In this document: in pieces, positions 8,725 to 17,971 of the stretch | How positions within the stretch are numbered: position 1 is the stretch's first letter | How the letters are laid out: each line of letters starts with the position of its first letter | Source of the DNA: Nitrospira sp. | GTDB taxonomy: Bacteria > Nitrospirota > Nitrospiria > Nitrospirales > Nitrospiraceae | DNA length: 64,000 nt | Assembly (NCBI GenBank): GCA_033852435.1 | Contig: JAWOMO010000022.1 | Coordinates: 91,448-155,447 of the forward strand | Direction: 5' to 3' | Notes under the pieces: model-generated | Database searches by the model: none | Seen by the model: only the letters and a program-made list of their open reading frames with translations | What the model was told of the DNA's origin: nothing | Position numbers and translations under genes: made by a program

Positions 8725-9525
8725 TTAAACGGCCAGCCGTTTCGTCAGATCCGTGAACTGATCGAGCGCTAACGTTTCGGCCCGGATCGTGAGGGGAATG
8801 CCCATGTCGTTTAGGGCATTGGCGACCAGCCGTTGGTCATAATCTTCATCGCGAAGCGAGTTGACGAGCGTCTTGCGCCGATGGGCAAACGAGGCTTTCA
8901 CGAGCGCTGTGAAGGCCGGTTCTTCCTCTGCTCGAAGCGGCACCTGCGCTTTGCTGCGTAGGAGGACCACGGCTGAGCCGACCTCCGGGCGAGGCCTGAA
9001 ACATTGCGCCGAGACCTTGAAGGCCTTGGTGATATCGGCAGCATACTGTGCCATCACCGAAAGAACGCCGTAGTCGGAACTTCCCGGTTTCGCCACAAGA
9101 CGGTCGGCAACTTCATCTTGCAGCATGAGCACCATCCTGGAAAACCGGGACCGGCAATCGAGCAACCTGAACAAGAGAGGGGTCGAAATATAATAAGGGA
9201 GATTGGCGACGACAACTGTGCCGATCGGCAGATTCTCAACCGGATAGACCAACGCATCGCCGCAAACCAATTCGACGTTGGGCCAATCTGCCTGCCATTC
9301 TTTCAGCAAGCGGTGGAGGACCGGATCAATTTCGACCGCGACGACCTGCCCCGCTTCACGGGAAAGCGCCTCTGTCAGAATCCCCCTTCCCGGACCAATT
9401 TCAAGGACCGACGATTGAGGTGTGAGCTCAGCCAGCGCGATGATCTTGCGGACGATGTTGGGGTCGATGAGGAAATTCTGGCCGAGCCGTTTGTTGGCGG
9501 GGGGAAAGGTGGGAGAGGGCACCAC
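8725..9525 (-). CDS. rsmA: 16S rRNA (adenine1518/1519-N6)-dimethyltransferase RsmA/KsgA
   Basis: It has LGQNFLIDPNIVRKI, VLEIGPGRGILT and NLPYYISTP motifs. It lies downstream of pdxA, as in the classical pdxA-ksgA arrangement. Confidence 0.95.
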   Translation of the reverse strand: MVPSPTFPPANKRLGQNFLIDPNIVRKIIALAELTPQSSVLEIGPGRGILTEALSREAGQVVAVEIDPVLHRLLKEWQADWPNVELVCGDALVYPVENLPIGTVVVANLPYYISTPLLFRLLDCRSRFSRMVLMLQDEVADRLVAKPGSSDYGVLSVMAQYAADITKAFKVSAQCFRPRPEVGSAVVLLRSKAQVPLRAEEEPAFTALVKASFAHRRKTLVNSLRDEDYDQRLVANALNDMGIPLTIRAETLALDQFTDLTKRLAV

Positions 9526-9864
9526 TCAGCCTCCGCCGGATGGATGAGGGCCGGCCTGAGACAACTTCTTGGAGAGGGCTGAAAGCGGTGTTTTGAAACA
9601 GTCGATGAAGTCGGTGAACTCTTCAACGAGGTCGTTGGTAAACGACGGACCAGGCTGGACACGCGCGAAATCCTGCCCGGCCTGCTGACCGACCGCCTCG
9701 GTCAGCAAGGCCACGGTCTGGGCTTTCCACTTGGCGACCCGCTCCATTCCCGCCACTGTATTGAGGGTCTCCATCGTGTCCTGAAAAATCTGGTCCAATT
9801 CCTTCAATTGCTGCTGAACGATTACCTGTCCTTTGTTCGTCATCTGCGACATCTTCCCATCCAC
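9526..9864 (-). CDS. Small helical hypothetical protein inserted between pdxA and rsmA
   Basis: The ORF has good coding character, and its stop directly abuts the rsmA start codon. I recognise no motif. ATG 9852 (MSQMTNKG) is an alternative start. Confidence 0.5.
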   Translation of the reverse strand: MDGKMSQMTNKGQVIVQQQLKELDQIFQDTMETLNTVAGMERVAKWKAQTVALLTEAVGQQAGQDFARVQPGPSFTNDLVEEFTDFIDCFKTPLSALSKKLSQAGPHPSGGG

Positions 9865-9869
9865 TCCTG

Positions 9870-10916
9870 CTAGATAGTCTTCTGTGATTGCCGTTTCGTC
9901 GCAAGTTCGGCCGCAAGCGCGACGGCTGCGATCAAGCTGCCGGGATCGGCGATCCCTTTCCCGACGATATCGAATGCGGTGCCGTGATCCACCGAGGTTC
10001 GAATGATTGGAAGCCCGACCGTCAGGTTCACGCAGGTTCCGAACGCGAGCAACTTGAGAGGAATCAATCCCTGATCGTGGTAGAGCGCCACGACGCCGTC
10101 GTAATCACCCCGGGCCGTTTTCCCAAACAGGGTATCGGCCGGCAGCGGTTCGCTGGCAAGAATCCCCTTCGCTCGAGCTGCGCGTGCCGCCGGAAGGACG
10201 ACGCGCGCTTCTTCATCTCCAAAGAGCCCGTGCTCACCTGCATGGGGATTCAACGCAGCCACGCCGATTCTCGGGTTCTTGATCCCAAAGAGCGTCGTCA
10301 ATGCGAGATGCGCCAGCCGGATTCCTCTTTCGATCTTGTCCTGTGTAAGCAGCGACGGAAGATCCTTGATCGCCACATGGGTCGTGACGAACATGATGCG
10401 GAGCGGCCCGCCGATGATCATCATGCCCGATTCCTCAGTGTGGGTCAGATCGGCCAGCAGTTCAGTATGACCGGGAAAGTGACAGCCGGCCATGTTGATG
10501 GCTTCCTTGTTGATCGGCGCCGTAACCATGCCATCGATACAACCGATTTGAGCCAGGCGAACGGCCCTCTTGATGAAGGCAACTGAGGCCGCCCCTGTTT
10601 CAGGAGCCGCAACTCCAACTTTGAATGATCCAAGCGGCTTCTCCAGCGGATCCAACACGGCGATCTGGTTCGCGCGGAGTGCATTGCGGTCATGACCGTC
10701 GACTGATCGGACATCAAGTTTCAATCGCAGCCTCTTGACTGTCTGCTGCATGACGGGCAGCGACCCGATGACGAGCGGAAAACAGACACGTCTCAACTTG
10801 GTCCCGGACAATGCCTTGGCGATCACTTCCGGGCCGATCCCGGCCGGATCACCCATCGTGATGCCGAGAAGCGGCTTGCTCTTCTGTATCACCCGATTGT
10901 TCTTGGTACCCATCAA
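9870..10916 (-). CDS. pdxA: 4-hydroxythreonine-4-phosphate dehydrogenase PdxA
   Basis: It has GITMGDPAGIGPE, CHFPGHTELLA, NPHAGE and RTSVDHGTAFD motifs. Confidence 0.9.
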   Translation of the reverse strand: MMGTKNNRVIQKSKPLLGITMGDPAGIGPEVIAKALSGTKLRRVCFPLVIGSLPVMQQTVKRLRLKLDVRSVDGHDRNALRANQIAVLDPLEKPLGSFKVGVAAPETGAASVAFIKRAVRLAQIGCIDGMVTAPINKEAINMAGCHFPGHTELLADLTHTEESGMMIIGGPLRIMFVTTHVAIKDLPSLLTQDKIERGIRLAHLALTTLFGIKNPRIGVAALNPHAGEHGLFGDEEARVVLPAARAARAKGILASEPLPADTLFGKTARGDYDGVVALYHDQGLIPLKLLAFGTCVNLTVGLPIIRTSVDHGTAFDIVGKGIADPGSLIAAVALAAELATKRQSQKTI

Positions 10917-10940
10917 TGCCTACCGGCTGTGGACCGCTGT

Positions 10941-11945
10941 TCAGGACCCGTACAAATACAACGCATAACCTATATAAAGCACCGCACCGGCGCTCAGCAA
11001 CCAGGGCCGCCACTGGCCTGCCCAGGCTGTTTGGATGAGCAGACTGCCAGCCGCCACCACGGCAAGCACCATGGTGATCAAGGCGTTGGGAGCCAAGGTC
11101 CAATCCGTCCCCAATAACCCGATCGACACAGGAAACATGCCCTGAAACACCATGGCACCGGTCACATTGCCTACTGCTAGGCGATCTTTCTTTTGGTAGA
11201 GCCACAAGAAGCTGTTCGACATTTCCGGCAACTCCGTTGCAAGGGGGGCGATGAGCAACGCCAGAATCAAAGGAGAAATTCCGAGAAACTGTGCCGTCGA
11301 TTCGGCGGCTGTCACAAAGAGATGTGCGCCCAGAGCAAGTCCCGCAAGGCCGGCGATCGCCTGCAACGCGATCAGACCGTAAGAGGGCGTCGCTGCTTTT
11401 CGGCCAAAGAATAAAGGATCAAGCTCGCCGCCCTCGCCTTCTTCACCCGAATCGCTGAACTTCAGTTTCACATAGTAGAGATAGCAGGTCATGAGTCCGA
11501 TCGCCGCAATCACGTGCAGGAGACGAGAAGGGATAAAGGCGCAGGCCATGGCCACCGTGTACCCGAACGCAAAAAACGAGAGATCGACCGTGACATCTTT
11601 ATAGTTCAGCCGGAACGATCCGCCCCGCTTCCCCAGTCTGGAGAAGAGGAGAAGGAGCAGGGCCAAAATCGGGACCACGAGGGTGCTGAGCATGAACGGT
11701 GCTCCGAGGATCGCGCCGACACCCACTTCGGCCTCCTGACGACTGGTTCCGAAGAAAATCGCCACAATAGGGATCGAGGTTTCCGGCAAGGTCGTGCCGA
11801 TAGCCGCCAAGACGCTGCCGACCGCTCCCTCCGAGAGATTCAGCCGCTTCCCCAGCCATTCAATCGCGTTCGTAAAGAGGGTGCAGGCACCGAGCGTGAC
11901 GGCGACGGAGGCGATGAACAAGAGACTATAGAGCAGGAGGGTCAC
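10941..11945 (-). CDS. Na+/Ca2+ exchanger family (CaCA/YrbG-like) membrane protein
   Basis: It is polytopic, with two alpha-repeat-like motifs (IGTTLPETSI and LATELPEMSN). The GTG start overlaps the larC stop (GTGA). Confidence 0.7.
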   Translation of the reverse strand: MTLLLYSLLFIASVAVTLGACTLFTNAIEWLGKRLNLSEGAVGSVLAAIGTTLPETSIPIVAIFFGTSRQEAEVGVGAILGAPFMLSTLVVPILALLLLLFSRLGKRGGSFRLNYKDVTVDLSFFAFGYTVAMACAFIPSRLLHVIAAIGLMTCYLYYVKLKFSDSGEEGEGGELDPLFFGRKAATPSYGLIALQAIAGLAGLALGAHLFVTAAESTAQFLGISPLILALLIAPLATELPEMSNSFLWLYQKKDRLAVGNVTGAMVFQGMFPVSIGLLGTDWTLAPNALITMVLAVVAAGSLLIQTAWAGQWRPWLLSAGAVLYIGYALYLYGS

Positions 11946-13144
11946 GAATGGTCCTTCGCGGGCCAGCGCCCCTTGGCATAGGCGAGCGCTGCTTCCTCGA
12001 GAACCGCTTTGACCGGCCGGCCGGTCCGCTCCGCGATGCGTTGACAGTCCGCATATTCGGGGGCGGCTTTCGTTACCGTTTCATCCACTGCCGCGATTTT
12101 CATCCGAACCTCACCGCCGCGAATCTTCACCGACGTGAATCGCCGCGGAAGAATGTGCCGTTCCACTTCTTGTATCCGAACACCCAATGCCGTCGTCTCT
12201 TCGAACAGCACGTTGAGCAGCGGATGAAGGCCGGTGGGAGCGCCAAGGCAGGTCAGTATGATCCCGGGCCTCCCGCGTTTCATGATGACGGGCGTCAGCG
12301 TAACATCGAGCGCCCCGGATCGAAACAGGCGCTCCATAATATGCTCATACGTTTGAGGGTTGAGATCGTCGAGATTCGTCTCGATCTGCAAGACCGTATC
12401 GCGCTCCCTGCCCCCTCGCGACGAATCGCGCGAGAGAAACACGCGCAACACATTCGGCCAGCCTGCCGGATTCGCATCACCAGCCCCGTATCCGACAGAT
12501 GTCGGCCGCAGCAATGGCATGGGCCCGAACTCTGTCGTCAGCGTCTGCAACAGCGCAAGACCGGTCGGCGTCGTCAGTTCGCAGGCTGGACCGGCGCTGT
12601 AGATGGGAAGCCCTTTCGCCAAGATGGCCACGGCAGGCCCCGGCGCTGGCAGAATGCCGTGCGCCGATCGAAGCGTCCCCGCCCCTACATTCACGGGAGA
12701 AGCGGTCACCCTGGTGACGCCCAACAGTTCGCAGCAGATCAACCCGCCGACGATATCAACGAACGAATCCAAGACGCCGACTTCATGAAAATGCACATGA
12801 TCCTTCCCAACGCGATGGGCCTTCCCTTCAGCTTCCGCGAGACGTTCGAACACGGCGCGGCTTTGCTCCTTGATCTTCGGTGAAAGGCGACTGGCAGACA
12901 GGATCTTGCGAATGCGTGTGAGCGAAAGCGGATGACGCAGGCCGGCCCCAATCACCACATCAACTTTGGTCGCGGAAATCCCGCCGCGCTGGACGCGCCG
13001 TTTTCGCAACGTGAATCCTGCCACACCCAGCCGCTTGAGCCCCTTTACCAGATCCGGAAAGGGCGCACCGGCGTCTACAAGCGCGCCAAGCGTCATGTCT
13101 CCGCTGATTCCGGAAAAGCAGTCAAAATGGAGATGCAGGCCCAT
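11942..13144 (-). CDS. larC: Nickel-pincer cofactor biosynthesis protein LarC (DUF111 family)
   Basis: The N-terminus HLHFDCFSGISGDMTLGALVDAG and a length of ~400 aa are typical of LarC/UPF0272. Confidence 0.85.
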   Translation of the reverse strand: MGLHLHFDCFSGISGDMTLGALVDAGAPFPDLVKGLKRLGVAGFTLRKRRVQRGGISATKVDVVIGAGLRHPLSLTRIRKILSASRLSPKIKEQSRAVFERLAEAEGKAHRVGKDHVHFHEVGVLDSFVDIVGGLICCELLGVTRVTASPVNVGAGTLRSAHGILPAPGPAVAILAKGLPIYSAGPACELTTPTGLALLQTLTTEFGPMPLLRPTSVGYGAGDANPAGWPNVLRVFLSRDSSRGGRERDTVLQIETNLDDLNPQTYEHIMERLFRSGALDVTLTPVIMKRGRPGIILTCLGAPTGLHPLLNVLFEETTALGVRIQEVERHILPRRFTSVKIRGGEVRMKIAAVDETVTKAAPEYADCQRIAERTGRPVKAVLEEAALAYAKGRWPAKDHS

Positions 13145-13297
13145 TGATCTTCTTCCTTCGCCTCATTAGGCCGCGCCATCTTACCCAAGGCCGGTCAGAA
13201 CGGCAATGCATTGACAGCCGGAGAACGCTATGTTATCCCCACTGCGGCAATTGGTTCCTCACGCCTGCTGACAACCGTAAGGCCTCTAGACAGCCGG

Positions 13298-13849
13298 ATG
13301 TTCTTCACAACTCTCTCCAGCGTATCGCCATCGACGGATTTCCGCGTTCGACATCTTCATTGGCGATGGACCGTTCCCATCCTGGCTATTGCGCTCCTGC
13401 TACCAGCCGCTTCATCAGCAAAGACCAAGCAGAACAGGGCCCCGCGCCCTGAGCCGGAACTGAAGGTTCTGGAACTCAAGGTTAGCCCGAACCCCTATAC
13501 CGTTTCAGCGGGCTCCCTGGAATTCTCAGCTCTGGTTCAACTCCCGATGGAGTTGAACGGCGCAACACTGTTAGAAGTGTCGTCGCTCGTCTCTTCTCCC
13601 TCGAAAACTTCGATCCGTTTCCTCTCAATACGCAAACCACTGGAACCGCATTCCACACCCGAGACCAGCACTGACCGCCCGAAGATCTCCGTCGTCCTGG
13701 CATGGGATGGAATGGATCACAAGAAAACACCGGCCGAGGCGGGACTCTACCAGTACGAATTGCGGGCCAAGCTCCTGACGAACGGTGAAAAGGGACCCCG
13801 TACACTGATGGTGTCCTGGCCGAAACGCGGAACCTTGGAAGTGAAGTAA
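13298..13849 (+). CDS. Exported hypothetical protein (Ig-like fold suspected)
   Basis: It has a signal/anchor segment (WTVPILAIALLLPAASSA) and a beta-rich C-terminus (GLYQYELRAKLLTNGEKG). ATG 13298 is preferred over the TTG at 13211. Confidence 0.5.
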   Translation: MFFTTLSSVSPSTDFRVRHLHWRWTVPILAIALLLPAASSAKTKQNRAPRPEPELKVLELKVSPNPYTVSAGSLEFSALVQLPMELNGATLLEVSSLVSSPSKTSIRFLSIRKPLEPHSTPETSTDRPKISVVLAWDGMDHKKTPAEAGLYQYELRAKLLTNGEKGPRTLMVSWPKRGTLEVK

Positions 13850-13859
13850 CTGATAGCTG

Positions 13860-14681
13860 TCAGCTCTCCGCTCTCCGCTTGATCTTCGTCTTATCCTTCG
13901 TCTTTAGTGATCTGTGATGGGTAACGGCTATCCGTCCTCCCAGCACGTTGATGCGGTGTGCAAGACAGCCGGCGCCGAACCCGTTGTCGATGTTCATGAC
14001 CCCCACCCCAGCCGCACAGGAATTCAGCATCGTCAGCAACGCAGCCAGTCCGCCGAAACTCGCGCCATAGCCTCGACTCGTCGGGACCGCCACCACCGGC
14101 ACATCCACCAACCCCCCGACGACGCTCGGCAATACCCCGTCCATCCCGGCGACGACCACAATCACGTTGGCCTCGGTCAGTCGATGGTGACGATCCAATA
14201 GTCGATGAATGCCGGCAACACCGACATCGTAGAGCGTCTCGACGCGGCTGCCCATGACCGCCGCACTGATTCGCGCCTCTTCTGCGACCGGAACGTCGGA
14301 GGTTCCGGCCGTAATCACCAAGACATGCCCTTGAAGCGGTCGCTTGGGATCGCGAATTGCCACGAGCCGTGCGTCTTCGTGGTACTGCGCCCGGCCATCA
14401 ATCCGTTTGATAACCGAAGCAACCTGGCGTGTGGCTCTCGTGGCCAGAAATGGCCGGTGATGTTTGAGCAGTGCCTTGGCGATCCTTTGTATCTGAGTGA
14501 GTGTCTTTCCCTCGCACAAGATCACCTCTGGAAACCCCTGGCGAAGCGACCGGTGATGATCAAGCGACGCAAATCCCAGATCCTCGAAAGGCAGCGAGCG
14601 GAGTTGTTCCAAAGCCTTCGTTACTGAGAGGGTGCCGCTCCGCACATTGGTCAGCAAACGTTCGAGGCGCGCCGGATTCAT
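13860..14681 (-). CDS. larB: Nickel-pincer cofactor biosynthesis protein LarB (PurE-like carboxylase/hydrolase)
   Basis: It has LDHHRSLRQGFPEVILCEGKT and the AIR-carboxylase-like VITAGTSDVPVAEEA motif. ATG 14681 forms an ATGA overlap with the gpsA stop. Confidence 0.85.
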   Translation of the reverse strand: MNPARLERLLTNVRSGTLSVTKALEQLRSLPFEDLGFASLDHHRSLRQGFPEVILCEGKTLTQIQRIAKALLKHHRPFLATRATRQVASVIKRIDGRAQYHEDARLVAIRDPKRPLQGHVLVITAGTSDVPVAEEARISAAVMGSRVETLYDVGVAGIHRLLDRHHRLTEANVIVVVAGMDGVLPSVVGGLVDVPVVAVPTSRGYGASFGGLAALLTMLNSCAAGVGVMNIDNGFGAGCLAHRINVLGGRIAVTHHRSLKTKDKTKIKRRAES

Positions 14682-15697
14682 GCCTGCCCTTTCTCCGGCT
14701 TGGCAACCCGCTCCATGAGATCGCCGACCGCTTTCCTGCAAGACTTGCCCTCGAAGAGCACCGCGTTGATCTCACGCACGATCGGCATTTCCACCCTGTG
14801 ACGAAGCGCCAAGCCTGCGGCCGCCCGGCTGGTCCGAATTCCTTCGGCCACAGCATGCATACCGCCGAGTATCGTCTCGAGTGACTCGCCTTTACCGAGA
14901 CGAACGCCGACGGTATGGTTGCGGCTCAATGCTCCTGTGCAGGTCAGCACCAGATCTCCGACACCTGATAACCCATAGAATGTCCGCGGGTCGGCGCCCA
15001 TGGCATTTCCGAGACGGACCATTTCGGCCAGACCTCTCGTGATCAACGCGGCGCGTGTGTTGTGCCCGAGCCCCAGCCCATCAACCACTCCCGCCGCCAA
15101 TGCCATCACATTCTTCAACGCGCCGCCCAATTGCACGCCGATGACATCGCTGTCTGCATAGACTCGCAAGGCCGGCGTCATGAAGACAGTCTGAAACGCT
15201 TCGACGAGCGAACCGTCCTTCCCTGCCAGACAGAGGGCCGTCGGTTGTCCCTGGCTGACTTCCGTCGCAAAACTTGGCCCCGATAACACCATCAGTCGAT
15301 CATGGAGTGGCGGAGGCAGCACATCATCCATCACTTGCGTCATCAGTTTTAACGTGTCTTCTTCGACACCCTTCGTCGCACTCACGATGGGCGTGGAACG
15401 TGATAGAAGGGGGGCAACCTGCCGGAGTACCTGACGGGCCACATGCGACGGCACGACGAATAGCAGGCCGTCACAGCCCTCTACGGCTTCGACCAACGTA
15501 TTCGTGACGACGAGTGCTAACGGAAGGGTGACTCCTGGCAAGAACAACTGGTTCTCCCGTTTGGAGGTGATTGAATCGACCACATCCCGCTCGTAAGCCC
15601 AAAGAGTGGTGTGGAAACCTTTCTCCGCCAAATGTTTTGCCAGGGCTGTTCCCCAGGCCCCTGCTCCTATGACTCCTATTCGATGGATGGTCGGCAT
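14678..15697 (-). CDS. gpsA: NAD(P)H-dependent glycerol-3-phosphate dehydrogenase
   Basis: It has IGVIGAGAWGTALA (Rossmann), GALKNVMALAAG and SRNHTVG motifs. Confidence 0.95.
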   Translation of the reverse strand: MPTIHRIGVIGAGAWGTALAKHLAEKGFHTTLWAYERDVVDSITSKRENQLFLPGVTLPLALVVTNTLVEAVEGCDGLLFVVPSHVARQVLRQVAPLLSRSTPIVSATKGVEEDTLKLMTQVMDDVLPPPLHDRLMVLSGPSFATEVSQGQPTALCLAGKDGSLVEAFQTVFMTPALRVYADSDVIGVQLGGALKNVMALAAGVVDGLGLGHNTRAALITRGLAEMVRLGNAMGADPRTFYGLSGVGDLVLTCTGALSRNHTVGVRLGKGESLETILGGMHAVAEGIRTSRAAAGLALRHRVEMPIVREINAVLFEGKSCRKAVGDLMERVAKPEKGQA

Positions 15698-15906
15698 GGT
15701 GTTGTACGAAGAGCTACGTAGAGACGGGGGCCATCAATTCGATACGTAAATGAGTGATCGGGCGGGCGGATTATAGGAAGGGGTACTTTCTTCTGTCAAT
15801 GAACATGCCTGTGCAGGAACCGTACAATCCCGCTTGCTTGAGTGAGCAGCCGAATGAGTTCAACGCCGAGAAATCGAGAAATAGGCATGCTTTTCCGCAT
15901 TTCAGG

Positions 15907-15921
15907 TGGCATATGGCTTGC
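15907..15921 (+). promoter_or_regulatory. Candidate sigma-54 (-24/-12) promoter upstream of the OMP gene
   Basis: TGGCATatggcTTGCT has GG and GC separated by exactly 10 nt, as in the TGGCAC-N5-TTGC consensus. It lies ~95 nt upstream of ATG 16016. Confidence 0.45.
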
Positions 15922-16015
15922 TCGTCCCCTCTTGGATTTCACAAATCGCTTCGCCCCTGCTTGGAAGGCCGATAGGATAGCAGTGGGTATTTCGCATCGC
16001 AGCGGGAGCTAGATA

Positions 16016-16720
16016 ATGAACACAAAACGCACGGTCAACAGAGTCCTGGGAGCCACCTTCCTCACCATCATGCTTCACGCGATCCTATCGCCATCGATGA
16101 CGCAGGCGGAGTCGTATGTCGCAGGAACATTCGGGGTGACCATGCCTCAAAGCTTGAGCAACGGTGTAGTAACCCAAGATGGATTAGGCGGTCTTGATAT
16201 TTCAGATCAGTCGCTAAAAAGTTCCGTCAACGTTGGCGCAAAGCTCGGACATTATTTCTCCAAAGCCAGGTGGATAGGGGTGGAAACAGGATTGTCCTAT
16301 ACCACGCCTCATATTAAAGAAGGGTCGCTGACATTTACAGGGCCCGGTGGCTCCCAAACTTCACCCACGTTTTCAGGCATACACCAACGCATCATCATAT
16401 GGGATGTGGTAACCCTCATGCTGCGTTATCCCGGCAATCGCTTCCAACCCTATGTCGGAGTTGGTCCAGCGCTCTTCTTTGCCAGTCTCAATGGTCCGAC
16501 AGCCCCTCCCGGGCAATCGGCGACTGCAATAGGACTGAACGCCGAAGCAGGGGCGCGCTATTTTATTACTCGACACTGGGCCCTCTTTGGGGAAGGCGTG
16601 TACAATAGAGCCCGGCTGAGTTACAGTTCCAATGATAGTAACCCTGCTGCAGATCCGTTTGGATTTCGCGCGACATACAGCGCTTTCACGGTAAGTATTG
16701 GTGTCAGTTATCACTTCTAG
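16016..16720 (+). CDS. Outer-membrane beta-barrel protein (OmpW/opacity-porin-like)
   Basis: GGGAG precedes the ATG. The signal peptide ends at MTQAES. Amphipathic beta segments alternate, and the C-terminus is aromatic (GVSYHF). Confidence 0.7.
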   Translation: MNTKRTVNRVLGATFLTIMLHAILSPSMTQAESYVAGTFGVTMPQSLSNGVVTQDGLGGLDISDQSLKSSVNVGAKLGHYFSKARWIGVETGLSYTTPHIKEGSLTFTGPGGSQTSPTFSGIHQRIIIWDVVTLMLRYPGNRFQPYVGVGPALFFASLNGPTAPPGQSATAIGLNAEAGARYFITRHWALFGEGVYNRARLSYSSNDSNPAADPFGFRATYSAFTVSIGVSYHF

Positions 16721-16790
16721 CCGGAAGCTTCTCCCCCGTCAGATCTGGTACACTACGCGCCGTTTCGTGTAGCCTAGGCACGGACCGCGT

Positions 16791-17141
16791 ATGAAAATCT
16801 GTCCATCCTGTCAGCGTGAACTTCCTGAGATCTATCGTTATTGCACCGAGTGCGGCAGCAGCCTGGATGGCAGATCTCAGCCTACACCCGCTAAATCGGA
16901 CGCCACCCCGGAGGCGCTTAACCTCCAGATTCTCTACGGCATGGTGGCGATGCTCGTGCTCGCATTGCTGTTCCCGCCGTGGGAAACGCCGCCGTCGCAA
17001 GCCCCTGAATTTCTCGGACTGCACTTCATTCTCTCGCCGCCAACTCCCGAGGCCGTCGTCAGCCGGCTCCTGATCACCATCGAACTGGTCACGATCGCCA
17101 TCGCCGGTCTGTACGGATCGTTTCTCTTTCGAAGTCGCTAG
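16791..17141 (+). CDS. Zinc-ribbon membrane protein
   Basis: It has an N-terminal CPSCQ...YCTECG zinc ribbon followed by two hydrophobic helices. Confidence 0.6.
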   Translation: MKICPSCQRELPEIYRYCTECGSSLDGRSQPTPAKSDATPEALNLQILYGMVAMLVLALLFPPWETPPSQAPEFLGLHFILSPPTPEAVVSRLLITIELVTIAIAGLYGSFLFRSR

Positions 17142-17161
17142 TCGGCTTGGTGCAAGGTCTC

Positions 17162-17971
17162 TCAATCCAACGCCAGCGTCAGGCACTTTGCCGATCCGCC
17201 GGACTTGAGAAATTCATCAAGGGGAACGGCATGGGGCAGGTATCCACGCGAGACAAGCCACGCCTCCGTGTCGGGACAATCAGTCGGCAGCACGACATGC
17301 TTCCCGACGCATACTGCATTGCAGGCGAAGGCGAGTGCTTCGCGTTCAGGAACGGCGAGTCGTTGCATCGGGCCGATTCGGTCCGCAATAGCTTCCTGAC
17401 CATAGCGGTCGAAGGCGGACGGAAAATAGAGCAGTTCGCCACCGCTCAGGGGACAAAAACAGGTGTCCAAGTGGTAGAAGCGGCTATCCACTAGCTCTAG
17501 GGGGATGATCTCCCGATGAAACCATTCACTCAGGAGCGGAAAGGCTCGAATGTCCGTCCGCTGCCTATAGCCGCCGAACCAGCAGTCTTGAAATCCCAGC
17601 AGATCACCAGCACCCTCGAAAAGATGATCCCGCTCAAGCGTGAGAATCTCATAGCCGTGCAGACGAAACCAATCTTCGAAATGCGCCTCTTCACGCTGCC
17701 GCTCGGGATAACGGAATCGGCTCGGTACAGCCTGCGCCCCAACCACCACTCCCGCGTTCGCTGTAAACACGAGGTCCGGCAATCCTTGGACAGGCCTCAT
17801 CCGTTCAAGGCCCACTCCCACGTCCTGTTCCAAGACCTGCATTAATCGACGCCACTGGTGCGTCGCACGCTCACGATTCACGGCATTGGAGCGATGCATC
17901 CATGGATTGATTTCGTATTCGACACCGAAGAAGTCCGGAGGACAGACGAGCAGCCGGCTCATGGCTTCCAC
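17162..17971 (-). CDS. Guanidino-group-modifying enzyme (amidinotransferase/arginine dihydrolase-like fold)
   Basis: It has FYHLDTCFCPL and the C-terminal catalytic-Cys motif GGSAKCLT, typical of the DDAH/ADI/amidinotransferase superfamily. The alternative ATG 17962 gives an ATGA overlap with the upstream gene. Confidence 0.65.
   Translation of the reverse strand: MEAMSRLLVCPPDFFGVEYEINPWMHRSNAVNRERATHQWRRLMQVLEQDVGVGLERMRPVQGLPDLVFTANAGVVVGAQAVPSRFRYPERQREEAHFEDWFRLHGYEILTLERDHLFEGAGDLLGFQDCWFGGYRQRTDIRAFPLLSEWFHREIIPLELVDSRFYHLDTCFCPLSGGELLYFPSAFDRYGQEAIADRIGPMQRLAVPEREALAFACNAVCVGKHVVLPTDCPDTEAWLVSRGYLPHAVPLDEFLKSGGSAKCLTLALD

Noticed and set aside
11948-12883. A 311-aa plus-strand ORF antisense to larC. 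Similar long antisense ORFs are 35190..36002 (vs the aminotransferase), 57623..58474 (vs argD), 45371..46159 (vs the transglycosylase), 62008..62814 (vs the ATP-grasp gene), 32797..33513, 7230..7784 and 23348..24052.
   Set aside because: They lie opposite genes with unmistakable conserved motifs. They are Arg/Pro/Gly/His-rich with no motifs, the typical shadow ORFs of GC-rich coding DNA.
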